DNA from: an uncultured Gammaproteobacteria bacterium
Lineage (GTDB): Bacteria > Patescibacteriota > Patescibacteriia > Magasanikbacterales > GWA2-37-8
Direction of reading: 5' to 3'
Length of the DNA stretch: 64,000 bases
NCBI GenBank assembly: GCA_964511375.1
Contig: CAZEEW010000002.1
Location: 36,157-100,156 of the forward strand
The notes under the pieces are model-generated. The model did no database searches, had not been told where the DNA came from, and saw only the letters and a list, made by a program, of their open reading frames with translations. Shown here piece by piece: positions 19,826 through 29,468 of the stretch. The position numbers and the translations under genes are program-made. Every line of letters starts with the position of its first letter. The stretch's first letter is position 1.

Positions 19826-20308
19826 ATGAATAATAATCAATTGGATAGGGTTTTACGCTTAGTTAAGCGAACAGGAGACAAGGTGGTTGTTTTAGATCGT
19901 GCGAGCGATGCGGCAGTAGTACTCATGGATCTAGATGATTATGAATTATTACTAGAGGAAAGTTTTACGAACGATGGCGTTGGTCCTACGAATTTAGACA
20001 ACGATTCTTTCGCTGACTGGGAAATAGACGATGCACACAATGAAGATCAAGAGACTGAAGAAATAGCTCATGAAGACACAGATGAACCTCTAGCCCCACT
20101 CGATACTCTTGAAGAAGAGTTACCTTTAGAATCCTTCGAAAAGGAAGTTGCTGAACACGGTGACGGAGTAGGAGAAGATCTGGTGGCTGAGCCTATAGTT
20201 GAAGCATTGCCAACTCAAGATAGAAATATTTCGCTAGACAAAGAGGAAAAAATAGATGATTTGCCTGACGACGGCGAAGAAGAGCGCTTCTATTTAGAGC
20301 CGGTTTAG
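19826..20308 (+). CDS. Acidic protein with Phd/YefM-antitoxin-like N-terminus and long D/E-rich tail
   Basis: N-term DRVLRLVKRTGDKVVVLDRASDAAVVLMDLDDYELLLE resembles Phd/YefM fold; no adjacent toxin. Confidence 0.4.
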   Translation: MNNNQLDRVLRLVKRTGDKVVVLDRASDAAVVLMDLDDYELLLEESFTNDGVGPTNLDNDSFADWEIDDAHNEDQETEEIAHEDTDEPLAPLDTLEEELPLESFEKEVAEHGDGVGEDLVAEPIVEALPTQDRNISLDKEEKIDDLPDDGEEERFYLEPV

Positions 20309-20397
20309 TCCGTTTACTGGTCGGATTGAACACTATTTGTATTCAGGGTAGGTCAGTTTTTTCTCAAATTTTGGCCATTTGTCCACAGTTTTTCCCC

Positions 20398-20425
20398 TTG
20401 CCAAAATTTAAATATCTGCTATAAT
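20398..20425 (+). promoter_or_regulatory. Sigma70-like promoter for tuf (TTGCCA-16-TATAAT)
   Basis: ttgccaaaatttaaatatctgctataat. Confidence 0.55.
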
Positions 20426-20434
20426 GCACACGCT

Positions 20435-20453
20435 GTAATTGGTGAACCAATTA
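20435..20453 (+). promoter_or_regulatory. Palindrome gtaattggt-g-accaattac in tuf leader
   Basis: 9-bp inverted repeat arms just downstream of -10. Confidence 0.35.
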
Positions 20454-20556
20454 CGCTATTATTTTGTCTTAATTTATTATTTATATACAATTGTCGCGGC
20501 TGGATAACAAATCTGCACCGACCACTCGGTAGCAGTGCCGTGTAAGTATTAAATGT

Positions 20557-21744
20557 ATGGCTGATTTTCAAAGAAACAAGCCACACGTTAATATCGGTAC
20601 TATTGGTCACGTTGACCATGGTAAAACAACGTTAACTGCAGCTATCTTGCAGGTTTTGACGGCTCATGGCATGACCGCTCAAAAGAAGGGTGTTGATGAT
20701 TTGGATAAAGCTCCAGAATCAAAAGCCCGCGGTATCACCATCTCAACTGCTCATGTTGAGTATGAAACCGAAAAACGCCACTACGCTCACGTTGACTGTC
20801 CAGGTCACGCTGACTACGTAAAGAACATGATTACTGGTGCTGCTCAGATGGATGGTGCAATCTTGGTTGTTTCCGCTGCTGATGGTCCAATGCCTCAGAC
20901 TCGTGAACACATCTTGCTTGCTCGCCAGGTAGGTGTACCTTATATCGTTGTTTTCTTAAACAAAGTTGACCAAGTATCTGATCCAGAACTTGTTGACTTA
21001 GTTGAAGCCGAAGTTCGCGACTTATTAAATAAATACAAATTCCCAGGCGATACCACTCCGATCATCCGTGGTTCCGCTTTGAAAGCTTTAGAAAATCCAT
21101 CAGATCCTGCTGCTTCTCAACCTGTTATGGATCTTATGGCTAAAGTTGATGAATATATTCCAGAGCCAACTCGTGCTACTGACAAGCCAATGTTGATGCC
21201 AGTAGAAGACGTTTTCTCTATCGAAGGTCGTGGTACCGTAGTAACTGGTCGTATTGAGCGCGGCATGATCAGCTTAAACGATGAAGTAGAAATCGTTGGT
21301 TTACGCGATACTCAAAAGACCGTTGTGACTGGTATCGAAATGTTTAACAAGAGCTTAAAAGAAGGCCAAGCTGGTGACAATGCTGGTTTGTTACTTCGCG
21401 GTACTAAGAAAGAAGATGTTGAGCGTGGTATGGTTCTTGCTAAACCAGGTTCCATTACCCCACACACCGAATTCGAGGCCAACGTTTACGTTTTGACCAA
21501 AGAAGAAGGTGGCCGCCACAAACCATTCTTCAAGGGCTATAAGCCACAGTTCTACATCCGTACTACTGACGTAACTGGTGAGGTAGAGTTAGCTGAAGGC
21601 GTTGAAATGGTTATGCCAGGTGACACTGTTAACATCACCGTAAAATTGATCGTACCAGTTGCTATGGAAGAAAAGATGAACTTCGCTATCCGCGAAGGTG
21701 GCCGCACCGTTGGTGCTGGTGTTGTAACCAAGATTATTAAGTAA
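20557..21744 (+). CDS. tuf: Elongation factor Tu
   Basis: [25 protein letters not shown]. Confidence 0.97.
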   Translation: MADFQRNKPHVNIGTIGHVDHGKTTLTAAILQVLTAHGMTAQKKGVDDLDKAPESKARGITISTAHVEYETEKRHYAHVDCPGHADYVKNMITGAAQMDGAILVVSAADGPMPQTREHILLARQVGVPYIVVFLNKVDQVSDPELVDLVEAEVRDLLNKYKFPGDTTPIIRGSALKALENPSDPAASQPVMDLMAKVDEYIPEPTRATDKPMLMPVEDVFSIEGRGTVVTGRIERGMISLNDEVEIVGLRDTQKTVVTGIEMFNKSLKEGQAGDNAGLLLRGTKKEDVERGMVLAKPGSITPHTEFEANVYVLTKEEGGRHKPFFKGYKPQFYIRTTDVTGEVELAEGVEMVMPGDTVNITVKLIVPVAMEEKMNFAIREGGRTVGAGVVTKIIK

Positions 21745-21752
21745 ATTTAATG

Positions 21753-21790
21753 AGGGGGCCGTATTTAAACGGCCCCCTTAATTTAGTTCT
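21753..21790 (+). terminator. Rho-independent terminator after tuf (agggggccg-tatttaaa-cggccccct)
   Basis: 9-bp GC stem. Confidence 0.65.
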
Positions 21791-21804
21791 TTATTCTTTT
21801 TAAC

Positions 21805-22152
21805 ATGACGACAGCCATGAACCCGACCACCCAGAAAAAAGAGGAGCAAGGGAGTAGAATCCGTATCAAGATTCGTGCTTATGATAATCACATTCTTGAC
21901 CAGGCAGTAAAGACCATTATTGAAACTGCTGAACGCAATGACGCGAAAGTAGTTGGTCCAGTACCATTGCCAACGGAAAAGACCAAATTTACCATCCTCC
22001 GCTCCACTTTTGTGCACAAAGATGCTCGTGAACAATATGAAATGAGCGTGCACAAGCGCTTGGTCGACATTATGAACGCTAGCCCAAAATGCATTGATGC
22101 TTTAATGAGCTTATCTTTGCCAGCTGGTGTTGATGTCGAAATCAAGATGTAA
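21805..22152 (+). CDS. rpsJ: 30S ribosomal protein S10
   Basis: RIRIKIRAYD…LPTEKTKFTILRS…HKDAREQYE. Confidence 0.93.
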   Translation: MTTAMNPTTQKKEEQGSRIRIKIRAYDNHILDQAVKTIIETAERNDAKVVGPVPLPTEKTKFTILRSTFVHKDAREQYEMSVHKRLVDIMNASPKCIDALMSLSLPAGVDVEIKM

Positions 22153-22195
22153 AAATTAGGGGTTTTTTGACAACCGGATAGTCTTTCCTTTGTTC

Positions 22196-22224
22196 TTGAC
22201 AAATAGTCGGGTTTGTGTTATTAT
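22196..22224 (+). promoter_or_regulatory. Consensus-like promoter TTGACA-17-TATTAT inside the rpsJ-rplC gap
   Basis: ttgacaaatagtcgggtttgtgttattat; a second TTGACA at 22167 and a third at 22332. Confidence 0.45.
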
Positions 22225-22412
22225 TTTGGCACACCAATTTATCTTTATCTCGCGGTAAATAAGATTTTCTTCTCTCTGGGTAATTCAGAGAGGAAAAAAA
22301 CATTTAGACGAGCAAAAGATAAGAAAGGGTTTTGACAATAGTTAAACGACAATTAAAGCCAATCTTAGAAAAGCCATATTTTATGGCACTTCGGTATATG
22401 CCGGAAAAGAAA

Positions 22413-22467
22413 GGCTAGAAGCCCGGATTAGAAAGTAATATTTTTAGTCAGGGCTTCTAGTTTTTTG
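22413..22467 (+). terminator. Long stem-loop (ggctagaagccc … gggcttctag) + T6, 40 bp upstream of rplC: terminator/attenuator or 3' end of a small RNA
   Basis: 10-12 bp stem, 26-nt loop, followed by tttttt. Confidence 0.5.
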
Positions 22468-22509
22468 TTAAGACCCTCTAGGTCGGGGGTCCGCTAACAC
22501 ATTATATAT

Positions 22510-23256
22510 ATGAAATTCATTTTAGGTAAGAAATTAGGCATGACACAGGTCTTCCTTCCGAATGGCGAGGTAGTACCAGTCACACGCGTCCAAGCTGGAC
22601 CATGCTTTATCACAGCATTGAAGGAGGAAAAGGAGAAGGCGCAAAAAATGGTGCAGATTGGTTTTGGAGAAATTAAAGAATTTCGTTTAAGTAAGCCTGA
22701 AGCGGGTCATTTAAAGGATTTGACGCCAGTCCGCCATTTGCGCGAATTAGCTGTTGAAACTTTAGATAACTTAAAGCGTGGCGATCAAATAGATTTAAAT
22801 ACCTTTGTAACTGGTGATCGAATTGATGTCGTCGGTGAATCAAAAGGTAAAGGTTTTGCTGGCGTTGTAAAACGCCATCACTTTTCTGGTGGTCCAGCTA
22901 GCCATGGTCACAAAGATAACTTACGCGCTCCTGGTTCTATTGGTGCTGGTGGTGTACAACGTGTTTTTAAAGGTATGCGCATGGCTGGTCACATGGGTAG
23001 TGATCGCGTCACAGTTAAAAATTTAGAAATTATTGAGGTCCATCCAGAAACTAATGAGATTTTAGTAAAAGGTGCTGTTCCAGGTGCTCGCAATGGTTTG
23101 TTATTGCTTATTGGTACCGGCGAATTAAAAGTTAAACAAGAAGTTGCTCCAGTTGTTGAACAACCGGTAGCGATTGAAACACCAGTTGAAGAGGTCACTT
23201 CATCTGCTCCAGTTACTCCGGAAGAAACTACTGCTCCAGAAGCTAAAAATGAATAA
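22510..23256 (+). CDS. rplC: 50S ribosomal protein L3 (with low-complexity C-terminal extension)
   Basis: GKKLGMTQVF; tail PVVEQPVAIETPVEEVTSSAPVTPEETTAPEAKNE. Confidence 0.93.
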   Translation: MKFILGKKLGMTQVFLPNGEVVPVTRVQAGPCFITALKEEKEKAQKMVQIGFGEIKEFRLSKPEAGHLKDLTPVRHLRELAVETLDNLKRGDQIDLNTFVTGDRIDVVGESKGKGFAGVVKRHHFSGGPASHGHKDNLRAPGSIGAGGVQRVFKGMRMAGHMGSDRVTVKNLEIIEVHPETNEILVKGAVPGARNGLLLLIGTGELKVKQEVAPVVEQPVAIETPVEEVTSSAPVTPEETTAPEAKNE

Positions 23257-23267
23257 TTTTTACCACT

Positions 23268-23900
23268 ATGAAAGTTAAAGTATACAATTTAGACGGTAAA
23301 GAGAGTAAGGAACTAGAATTAAACGAAGCTATTTTTAACGTCAAAATTAAACCAGCCGTCGTTCATGAAGTTTTTGTCATCCAAAGTGGTAACCAACGCG
23401 AACCATGGGCTGACACCAAGAATCGCGGTGAAGTAAGCGGTGGTGGACGCAAACCCTGGAGACAGAAAGGAACAGGTCGCGCTCGTCATGGTTCTATCCG
23501 TTCTCCGATCTGGAAGGGCGGTGGCGTAACTTTCGGTCCTTTGAGCATTGAAAATTATAGCCGAAAAGTTAACAAGGCTACTCGTCGCTTAGCTACCAAG
23601 ATGTGTTTAAGTGACAAAGCTTTGAATAATTCCTTAGTTGTTTCCGAGAGTTTTGAATTTTCTGAAAAGAAGACCAAATTATTTGCTGGCTTCTTAAAGA
23701 AGTTGCCAGCTCAGTTTAAGCGTTATTTGGTTTTGACAGGTGAGAACGAGAAAGAATTATATAAGCAAACCCGTAACTTAGCTAAGGTGGTTACAATGCC
23801 GGCAGCTGATGTTAATGTCATGGAGTTAGTCGAGAACGAAGCGGTCGTTGTAAGTATGGATGGTTTGAAAACCTTAGAAAAAGTTTTTGCTAAAAAATAA
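23268..23900 (+). CDS. rplD: 50S ribosomal protein L4
   Basis: Order after L3; GGGRKPWRQKGTGRAR motif. Confidence 0.93.
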   Translation: MKVKVYNLDGKESKELELNEAIFNVKIKPAVVHEVFVIQSGNQREPWADTKNRGEVSGGGRKPWRQKGTGRARHGSIRSPIWKGGGVTFGPLSIENYSRKVNKATRRLATKMCLSDKALNNSLVVSESFEFSEKKTKLFAGFLKKLPAQFKRYLVLTGENEKELYKQTRNLAKVVTMPAADVNVMELVENEAVVVSMDGLKTLEKVFAKK

Positions 23901-23911
23901 TCTAGACTAAT

Positions 23912-24370
23912 TTGAACAATATGGGTTTACTAGATAAATGGACAAAAAAGAAAAAAGACGAACAACTAAAGGAAGTTGTTGACTCAGATCAGAAGGCCGC
24001 TGCTCCAGTTGTCAAAAAAGTTGTTGAAAAAGACGATAAAGCAGAAGAGGCTAAGACTACAGTCAAAGCTCCGGTGGCGCCAGAGAGCCAAGCTTACAAA
24101 GTACTCGTCCGTCCACTTGTGACTGAAAAATCGACTATCGCAGAAAGTCACAATCAGTACAGCTTTTTAGTCGCTAACGACACCACTAAAACCAAGATTA
24201 AAGAAGCGATAGAAAAAGTTTACGGTGTCAGACCAGTTAATGTCCGCATTATTAATGTTCAAGGCAAAATCGTTCGCTTCGGTCGTTCCTATGGTCGTCG
24301 TGGTGATTTCAAAAAAGCCGTGGTCGCTTTACCAAAGGGCAAGACCTTGAATTTACACGAAGGAGTGTAA
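23912..24370 (+). CDS. rplW: 50S ribosomal protein L23 (with ~60-aa K/E-rich N-terminal extension)
   Basis: Core YKVLVRPLVTEKS…; position between L4 and L2. Confidence 0.85.
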   Translation: MNNMGLLDKWTKKKKDEQLKEVVDSDQKAAAPVVKKVVEKDDKAEEAKTTVKAPVAPESQAYKVLVRPLVTEKSTIAESHNQYSFLVANDTTKTKIKEAIEKVYGVRPVNVRIINVQGKIVRFGRSYGRRGDFKKAVVALPKGKTLNLHEGV

Positions 24371-24398
24371 GAAATTAAAAACTTTTCTTCAAAGGATT

Positions 24399-25235
24399 AT
24401 GCCAATTAAAGTTTACAAACCAACAACCAGTGGACGTCGTGGTGCCAGCGTCGACGCTTTTAAGGATGTTACAAAATTTGAGCCAGAGAAGTCTTTGGTG
24501 AAAATTTTAAAACCAAAGTCTGGTCGTAACAACCAAGGTCACATTACTGTTCGCCATCAAGCTGGTGGAGCCAAGAAGTATTACCGTCTGGTGGATTTCA
24601 AGGGCCAGAAGTTTGATGTCGAAGCCACTGTTACTGCAATCGAATACGATCCAATCCGTGGACCTCGTATTGCTTTAATCCAATATACCGATGGAACTAA
24701 ATCCTACATTCTTTGCCCACAAGATTTGAAGGTTGGCGACAAAGTTATGTCTTCTCAGAAAGCCATTGAGGCAAAAGTAGGAAACCGCATGCCGCTAAAA
24801 CATATTCCAATCGGTTTATTTGTGTATAATATTGAACTAACCGCTGGTAAAGGTGGGCAGTTAGTCCGTGGCGCTGGTTTAGCCGCTCAGTTAGTTGGTC
24901 ATGAGGGGGACTATGCTCAGATCAAGTTGCCATCTGGTGAAATTCGTATGATCTCCAATGAGTGTGCCGCTTCTGTCGGTATGATGGGAAATCCAGATCA
25001 TCGCTTGGTTCGCCTTGGTAAGGCTGGTCGTATGAGACATCTTGGTGTTAAGCCACGCGTTAAAGGTAAAAACATGAACCCAGTTGACCACCCACATGGT
25101 GGTGGTGAGGGTCACTCTCCAATTGGTCAGAAACGTGGTCCACAGACTGTATATGGTAAGACTGCTATGGGTGTCCGAACTCGAAAACCAGATAAATGGA
25201 GCGATAAATTTATCATTAAATCTCGTAGAAAGTAA
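24399..25235 (+). CDS. rplB: 50S ribosomal protein L2
   Basis: HPHGGGEG motif, 278 aa. Confidence 0.95.
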   Translation: MPIKVYKPTTSGRRGASVDAFKDVTKFEPEKSLVKILKPKSGRNNQGHITVRHQAGGAKKYYRLVDFKGQKFDVEATVTAIEYDPIRGPRIALIQYTDGTKSYILCPQDLKVGDKVMSSQKAIEAKVGNRMPLKHIPIGLFVYNIELTAGKGGQLVRGAGLAAQLVGHEGDYAQIKLPSGEIRMISNECAASVGMMGNPDHRLVRLGKAGRMRHLGVKPRVKGKNMNPVDHPHGGGEGHSPIGQKRGPQTVYGKTAMGVRTRKPDKWSDKFIIKSRRK

Positions 25236-25240
25236 TCTCT

Positions 25241-25570
25241 ATGTCCAGAAGTTTAAAAAAAGGACCATTTATTGATCCAAAGTTACAAGCTAAAGTAGCG
25301 GCTTTAAAAGCCAGCGGAAAACGCGAGAGTATCAAAACCTGGGCACGCGCTTCCGTTATAACTCCGGAAATGGTTGGTATGACTTTTATGGTTCATAACG
25401 GCAAGAATTTTATTAATGTTTTTGTTGAAGAAAACATGGTCGGCCACAAGTTGGGTGAATTTGCTTTAACTCGCAAGTTCATTGCCCATGGTGGTAAGAT
25501 GGCAAAAGAACAAGCCACTGCGGCAGCTGCAAAACCAGCTGCTCCAGCTGCCCCGGCTGCTAAAAAGTAA
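25241..25570 (+). CDS. rpsS: 30S ribosomal protein S19 (Ala/Pro-rich C-terminal tail)
   Basis: [10 protein letters not shown]; tail [16 protein letters not shown]. Confidence 0.93.
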   Translation: MSRSLKKGPFIDPKLQAKVAALKASGKRESIKTWARASVITPEMVGMTFMVHNGKNFINVFVEENMVGHKLGEFALTRKFIAHGGKMAKEQATAAAAKPAAPAAPAAKK

Positions 25571-25580
25571 TATTTAATAT

Positions 25581-25940
25581 ATGTCACAGGAAGTAACCGC
25601 TAATCTAAGATTTCTACGTATTGGCCCACGCAAGGTTAGACTCGTGGCTGATGCGATTCGTGGTCGAAAAGCAACCTTTGCGATCGATGTTTTGGAGATG
25701 ATGAACAAACGTGCTGCCAAGCCGATGATCAAATTGCTGAAGAGCGCTATTGCTAACGCTAAGCACAATCATAATTTAGAAGTGGAAACCTTGCGTGTGA
25801 AAAGCGTTATGGTCGATGGTGGACCAGTTTTAAAACGCTGGATGCCACGGGCCCATGGTCGAGCCACCCCAGTTCGCGAGCGTACTTCCCACATTAATCT
25901 AGTTTTATCTGAAATTGTTAAAAAAGATAAGCAGAAGTAA
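25581..25940 (+). CDS. rplV: 50S ribosomal protein L22
   Basis: Conserved L22 sequence and position. Confidence 0.92.
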   Translation: MSQEVTANLRFLRIGPRKVRLVADAIRGRKATFAIDVLEMMNKRAAKPMIKLLKSAIANAKHNHNLEVETLRVKSVMVDGGPVLKRWMPRAHGRATPVRERTSHINLVLSEIVKKDKQK

Positions 25941-25969
25941 ACTTTCTAAAATTTCTTTCTAATAATTCT

Positions 25970-26674
25970 ATGGGTCACAAAGTCCATCCGAAAATTCATC
26001 GCACCCCACTTATCTACGCTTGGGATTCCAAATGGTACGCCAAAGATGCAGTTCTACCAACTGTTTTGAAACAGGAAATCTTAACCCGTGAATATTTGGG
26101 TAAAAAATTAAGGGAGGCCGGTATTGATGCTATTTCAATCGAACGTACACCGAAGGAGGCTGTGGTTAATATTTTAGCGGCTAAACCCGGTGTGATCATT
26201 GGTCGTTCTGGCCAGGAATTGGATGAGATTAGAAAACATTTAGAGAAAAAGATTTTCCAGTTTAAGAGCAAGGTAAAGATTAACGTTTTGCCTTTACAAC
26301 AGCCAGCTTTGTCTGCTTCCGTTGTTGCTCAGAACGCTGCGACTGAAATCGAAAAACGTATTCCTTTCCGCCGAGTCATGAAGCAAGCTATCGAACGAGT
26401 TATGTCAGCTGGTGCTTTGGGTGTAAAGATCAAAATGGCTGGTCGTTTGAATGGTGTAGAAATTGCTCGCCGTGAAGTTTTAGGCGCTGGTAAAATGTCT
26501 TTGATTACCCTTCGCAGTGATGTTGATTATGCTTTTGTCGAAGCTAATACGATCTACGGAAAGATTGGTATCAAAGTCTGGATTTATAAAGGTGAATCAT
26601 TTGGTCGCCGCGACAAATTTGGTGTTAAAAACACCGAAGAGGCTACTAAAGAAAAACCGCGTAAACAGAGATAA
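25970..26674 (+). CDS. rpsC: 30S ribosomal protein S3
   Basis: MGHKVHP, KH domain. Confidence 0.95.
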   Translation: MGHKVHPKIHRTPLIYAWDSKWYAKDAVLPTVLKQEILTREYLGKKLREAGIDAISIERTPKEAVVNILAAKPGVIIGRSGQELDEIRKHLEKKIFQFKSKVKINVLPLQQPALSASVVAQNAATEIEKRIPFRRVMKQAIERVMSAGALGVKIKMAGRLNGVEIARREVLGAGKMSLITLRSDVDYAFVEANTIYGKIGIKVWIYKGESFGRRDKFGVKNTEEATKEKPRKQR

Positions 26675-26686
26675 TTTTCAACCTGT

Positions 26687-27100
26687 ATGTTAATACCAAA
26701 GAAAGTACAGCACCGTAAATGGCATAAAGGCCGCCGCCGTGGACTTGGTCTAGCCCAACGCGCCAATGGCGTTGATTTCGGTGAATTCGGTTTAAAGAGC
26801 GAAGACCATGGTCGTATCACTAGTCGTCAGATTGAATCTGCTCGTCGTGTTTTGACAAGATATGTTCGCCGTGGTGGAAAAATCTGGATTCGCATTTTTC
26901 CTGATCGTCCAATTACTAAAAAAGGTAATGAGACCCCGATGGGTGGTGGTAAAGGCGCTCCGGATCATTATGTTGCCGTGGTAAAACCAGGTACCGTTTT
27001 ATTCGAAATGGGTGGTATTACCAAAGAGTCAGCTAAGGAAGCAATGAATCTGGCTGGTTATAAATTTGGTGTTAAGACCAAATTCGTAGAAAGACAATAA
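26687..27100 (+). CDS. rplP: 50S ribosomal protein L16
   Basis: [16 protein letters not shown]. Confidence 0.95.
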   Translation: MLIPKKVQHRKWHKGRRRGLGLAQRANGVDFGEFGLKSEDHGRITSRQIESARRVLTRYVRRGGKIWIRIFPDRPITKKGNETPMGGGKGAPDHYVAVVKPGTVLFEMGGITKESAKEAMNLAGYKFGVKTKFVERQ

Positions 27101-27109
27101 TCTAAACTT

Positions 27110-27295
27110 ATGGATTACGCTGAATTAAAAAATAAAGGTGTCGCCGAACTGAATGAAATGTTAGGATCTTTGCGCGAAGAGGTTCGTGTTGCTAAAGCGG
27201 GGGCTCGCCTGGGTTCTTATCGACAAAATCATAAAATTAAAGAGTTACGCAAAACGATTGCTCGGATTAATTCCTTAATCAAGAGCACAAAATAA
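27110..27295 (+). CDS. rpmC: 50S ribosomal protein L29
   Basis: 61 aa, position and helical K/E composition. Confidence 0.85.
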   Translation: MDYAELKNKGVAELNEMLGSLREEVRVAKAGARLGSYRQNHKIKELRKTIARINSLIKSTK

Positions 27296-27296
27296 T

Positions 27297-27566
27297 TTGT
27301 ATACTATGGAAAAAACCGAGACAAAAAAAATGACCCGTGTAATTGAAGGTAAAGTGGTTTCTGCGAGCATGACAAAGACCATCACCGTTTTGGTTGAGAG
27401 CGTAAAAACCAACCTCAAGTATAAGAGAAAATATAAAACAACGAAGAAATTCCCAGTTCACGATGAAAAGGGTTTGGCTAAAGTTGGTGATGTTGTTCGC
27501 TTTATCGAATGCCGACCATTATCTAAGACCAAACGCTGGAGAATTTTCGAAGTGGTAAAGAAATAA
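27297..27566 (+). CDS. rpsQ: 30S ribosomal protein S17
   Basis: [14 protein letters not shown] motif. Confidence 0.92.
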   Translation: MYTMEKTETKKMTRVIEGKVVSASMTKTITVLVESVKTNLKYKRKYKTTKKFPVHDEKGLAKVGDVVRFIECRPLSKTKRWRIFEVVKK

Positions 27567-27597
27567 TTATTATTCAAAAGTTTCTAGAGTTAAAAGT

Positions 27598-27969
27598 ATG
27601 ATCCAACACCGAACCATGTTGAATGTCGCCGATAACACTGGTGCTAAAAAGTTACAGTGCATCCGCGTTTTAGGTGGCTACAAAAAGCGTTATGCCCAAG
27701 TCGGAGACATTTTTACCGCTGTTGTTAAGGTCGCTGCTCCTCGTGGCATGGTTAAAAAGAGTGAAGTGGTACATGCGGTCGTTGTTCGCCAACACAAGGA
27801 GATTCGTCGACCCGATGGTACTTATATTCGTTTTGACGAAAATGCCGCGGTAATCGTCGATAAGAAATCAAAGGAACCAAAAGGTACACGTATTTTCGGC
27901 GGCGTTTGCCGTGAACTACGTGCTAAGGGATTCCAAAAGATCATTTCTTTAGCTCCGGAAGTTTTATAA
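27598..27969 (+). CDS. rplN: 50S ribosomal protein L14
   Basis: [17 protein letters not shown]. Confidence 0.95.
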   Translation: MIQHRTMLNVADNTGAKKLQCIRVLGGYKKRYAQVGDIFTAVVKVAAPRGMVKKSEVVHAVVVRQHKEIRRPDGTYIRFDENAAVIVDKKSKEPKGTRIFGGVCRELRAKGFQKIISLAPEVL

Positions 27970-27981
27970 CCAATTACCAAT

Positions 27982-28290
27982 ATGAAAATTAAAACTAACG
28001 ACCAAGTAAAAATTATTCAAGGCAAAGACCGCGGGAAAACCGGCAAGGTGATCCAGGTTTTTAAGGCTGAAAACAAAGTGGTCGTAGAAGGAATGAACAA
28101 AATTAAAAAACACCTCCGCGCTCGAAAGCAAGGCGAAAAAGGTCAGACTATTGAATTGTCTGCCCCCATGTCCGTGAGCAATGTGATGCTAGTTTGCGGA
28201 AAATGCCAAGCCGGAGCTCGCGTTGGTTATAAACTTGAAGGCGACAAAAAGATGCGTGTTTGCCGCAAGTGTAAAGAGGTAATTGACTAA
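27982..28290 (+). CDS. rplX: 50S ribosomal protein L24 (KOW + C-terminal CxxC…CxxC zinc ribbon)
   Basis: KIKTNDQVKIIQGKDRGKTGKV; CGKC…CRKC. Confidence 0.9.
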   Translation: MKIKTNDQVKIIQGKDRGKTGKVIQVFKAENKVVVEGMNKIKKHLRARKQGEKGQTIELSAPMSVSNVMLVCGKCQAGARVGYKLEGDKKMRVCRKCKEVID

Positions 28291-28296
28291 TCCTAT

Positions 28297-28839
28297 ATGA
28301 ATAACGCCTTATATCAACAATATAAAGAGAAGGTTGTCCCAGCTGTAATGACGGAGTTGAATTTAAAAAATCGCATGCAAGTGCCAAAAATCAAAAAAGT
28401 GGTTATCAATGTTGGTGTTGGTAAATTTGTAAAAGATACTGGTTATATCGATAACGTTGAAAAGACCCTTTTGAAAATTACTGGTCAGAAACCAGTGCGA
28501 ACCAAAGCGAAGAAAGCCATCTCCAACTTCAAGATCCGTGAAAACCAGGAGATTGGGGTGATGGTCACACTTCGTGGTCCACGCATGTATGACTTTTTAC
28601 AAAAATTGTTAGTGGTTACTTTTCCACGTGTTCGTGACTTTCATGGTATTTCTGACAAAGGTTTTGACCGCCAAGGAAATTTGACCATTGGTTTTAAGGA
28701 AAATGTTGCTTTCCCAGAAGTTAAGAACGATGAATTGGATAAGGTCCATGGTTTAGAAATTGTAATCAATACCAATGCCAAAGATCGTACTGCTGGAAAG
28801 GCATTATTAACTCACATGGGATTCCCTTTTATCAAATAA
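28297..28839 (+). CDS. rplE: 50S ribosomal protein L5
   Basis: Conserved L5 sequence, position. Confidence 0.93.
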   Translation: MNNALYQQYKEKVVPAVMTELNLKNRMQVPKIKKVVINVGVGKFVKDTGYIDNVEKTLLKITGQKPVRTKAKKAISNFKIRENQEIGVMVTLRGPRMYDFLQKLLVVTFPRVRDFHGISDKGFDRQGNLTIGFKENVAFPEVKNDELDKVHGLEIVINTNAKDRTAGKALLTHMGFPFIK

Positions 28840-28842
28840 GAT

Positions 28843-29028
28843 ATGGCGACACAAGCACAAAAAGCAAAATCCAATCGCAAACCAAAATTTTCCACTCGAG
28901 TTGTTCGTCGTTGTTGGAAATGTGGTCGAGGCCGTAGTGTGATTGGTAAATTCGAGCTCTGTCGTATTTGTTTTCGCGAATTAGCGAATGATGGAAAGAT
29001 TCCGGGTGTTCATAAATCTAGCTGGTAA
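28843..29028 (+). CDS. rpsZ: 30S ribosomal protein S14 type Z (zinc-binding)
   Basis: 61 aa, CWKCGRG…CRIC. Confidence 0.92.
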   Translation: MATQAQKAKSNRKPKFSTRVVRRCWKCGRGRSVIGKFELCRICFRELANDGKIPGVHKSSW

Positions 29029-29067
29029 TTTATTTCTAAAAGCAATAATATATAATCACTTAATGTT

Positions 29068-29457
29068 ATGTTGACTGATCCTATCGCTGACATGTTAACC
29101 AGAATCCGCAATGCCTCTATGGCTCATAAGAAAGAGGTAGTGATGCCATTTTCCAAATTGAAATTGGCGATTGCGGAAATTTTGGTTCGCGAAGGCTATC
29201 TTTTAAAGGCCGAAGTAAGCGAAGAAAATCCAAAGACCTTAGCGGTTACTTTGAAATATAATCATGGTACCCCAGCTATCCAATCTTTGGTTCGCAAAAG
29301 TACTCCTGGCCACCGTCAATATGTAAAGAAGACGGAAATTAAGTCGGTTTTGAACGGCTATGGTTTGTCGATTTTATCTACTCCTGCCGGAATCAAGACT
29401 AACAAAGAGGCCATTAAAGAAAATGTTGGCGGCGAATTGCTTTGTGAAGTATATTAA
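29068..29457 (+). CDS. rpsH: 30S ribosomal protein S8
   Basis: MLTDPIADMLTRIRNA. Confidence 0.95.
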   Translation: MLTDPIADMLTRIRNASMAHKKEVVMPFSKLKLAIAEILVREGYLLKAEVSEENPKTLAVTLKYNHGTPAIQSLVRKSTPGHRQYVKKTEIKSVLNGYGLSILSTPAGIKTNKEAIKENVGGELLCEVY

Positions 29458-29468
29458 AGAATAATAAT

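Noticed and set aside
22332-22360. Third TTGACA in the rpsJ-rplC spacer as a promoter
   Set aside because: No acceptable -10 hexamer at 16-18 bp spacing. It is kept only as part of the repeated GGGTTTTTGACAA motif observation.
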